Assembly: GCF_000150275.1 (NCBI RefSeq)
Contig: NW_002061150.1
Coordinates: 1-9,177, forward strand
Origin: Trichoplax adhaerens
Lineage: Eukaryota > Animalia > Placozoa
Direction of reading: 5' to 3'
Length of the DNA stretch: 9,177 bases
Shown: positions 8,345 through 9,177 of the stretch, one piece after another
Numbering within the stretch: the stretch's first letter is position 1
Layout of the letters: each line of letters opens with the position of its first letter
Program-made: the position numbers and the translations under genes
Notes under the pieces: model-generated
What the model saw: the letters and a program-made list of their open reading frames with translations, nothing else
Databases searched by the model: none
What the model was told of the DNA's origin: nothing

Positions 8345-8388
8345 ATCGTTCAATTCTATGGGTTGGAATGCTGTCAAGTCTTATATTG
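8345..8388 (+). other. Candidate 44-nt exon
   Basis: ttgttttctatttaag acceptor and TTG|gtaaga donor. All three frames are open. No homology recognised. Confidence 0.27.
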
Positions 8389-9177
8389 GTAAGAATGATT
8401 GATGTTTCTCAATGAAAAGAAATAATAAGGTTTCCTTAGAAATGAGGACTTCAATTTAAAAATGATCCATTATCTTGGTGGTTGGTAAAGTTTTCATGTA
8501 ATGCTACTTCAATGCTCATTCTATTTGAATATTAGGTGTTGTCAAGCTGAAAACAAATAAAATTCTATATTTATATGTTATTGTCTTTGTCAGTGATGAT
8601 GTACGGTGACCAGAATTTGCAGTATTGATACCATCCATCTAATAATGATATTGAACAAATCTAGAATAGAAAATGATAAAAAAGGCATTTCCCTTGCTGA
8701 TGCTGTACATTTTATTCTTGCCTTGATTTGATGAGTTTTAGAAGCATGAATTGTCTTGAATTATTGGATCCCTTTATGGTTGAGACATTGGCTACATGTT
8801 TTAACTCTAGTATGAATAAATTGACTCAAAATGATGTCGTATTTGGATAAAGTCACTTCAAAACCTTTTTTCTAAAGTAAAAAACAGTAATTAATGTAGT
8901 AAAGGACTAAAAGCAGAGTCCTTTATAGCTTTTAGTATGTAACTAGTACTATTTTACTATAGAAAATACCTAGAAAGTGATAGTGTCTTTAAGTTTTACC
9001 CTGCCAAATCATCATGTCGCCATCTTTTCTTCTTCCTTATTTTACAAGGTATTATATAGATTAATATAGAAATAGCCTGAGAGCAATTGCCTAATCTAAA
9101 GAAAGGGCGTTTGATCGTCTATTCAAATTGTAAAGGAATTTGACTTAGTAGCAAAACCCTATCCTAGAGAAAGGAGG

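Noticed and set aside
8458-8515. KNDPLSWW...NATS resembling the hAT transposase dimerisation motif
   Set aside because: The spacing is far too short, and the P.L..LA and SER.FS elements are missing.
1-9177. CRISPR array, tRNA/rRNA genes or prokaryotic operon
   Set aside because: No regularly spaced short repeats, RNA-gene signatures or dense ORFs; spliceosomal introns indicate a eukaryote.

Overview
AT-rich, intron-containing eukaryotic DNA. It is most likely from an early-branching animal; placozoan/Trichoplax-like is an inference from short introns, vertebrate-like intron positions, undepleted CpG and the style of the death domain. The window reads as a pseudogene graveyard. It holds (i) an 8-exon, + strand pseudogene of the hydrolase domain of soluble epoxide hydrolase (EPHX2-like, 1432-3876) that the ORF track misses; (ii) a 148-bp tandem duplication whose copies differ only by transitions; (iii) a 357-bp solo LTR with a 4-bp TSD, inserted in a probable decayed long ORF; and (iv) an intact death-domain terminal exon on the - strand. 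The most interesting signal is that these independent relics are damaged mostly by C:G>T:A changes in non-CpG contexts. This resembles fungal repeat-induced point mutation (RIP), but in an apparently animal genome. All alignments and counts were done by hand.
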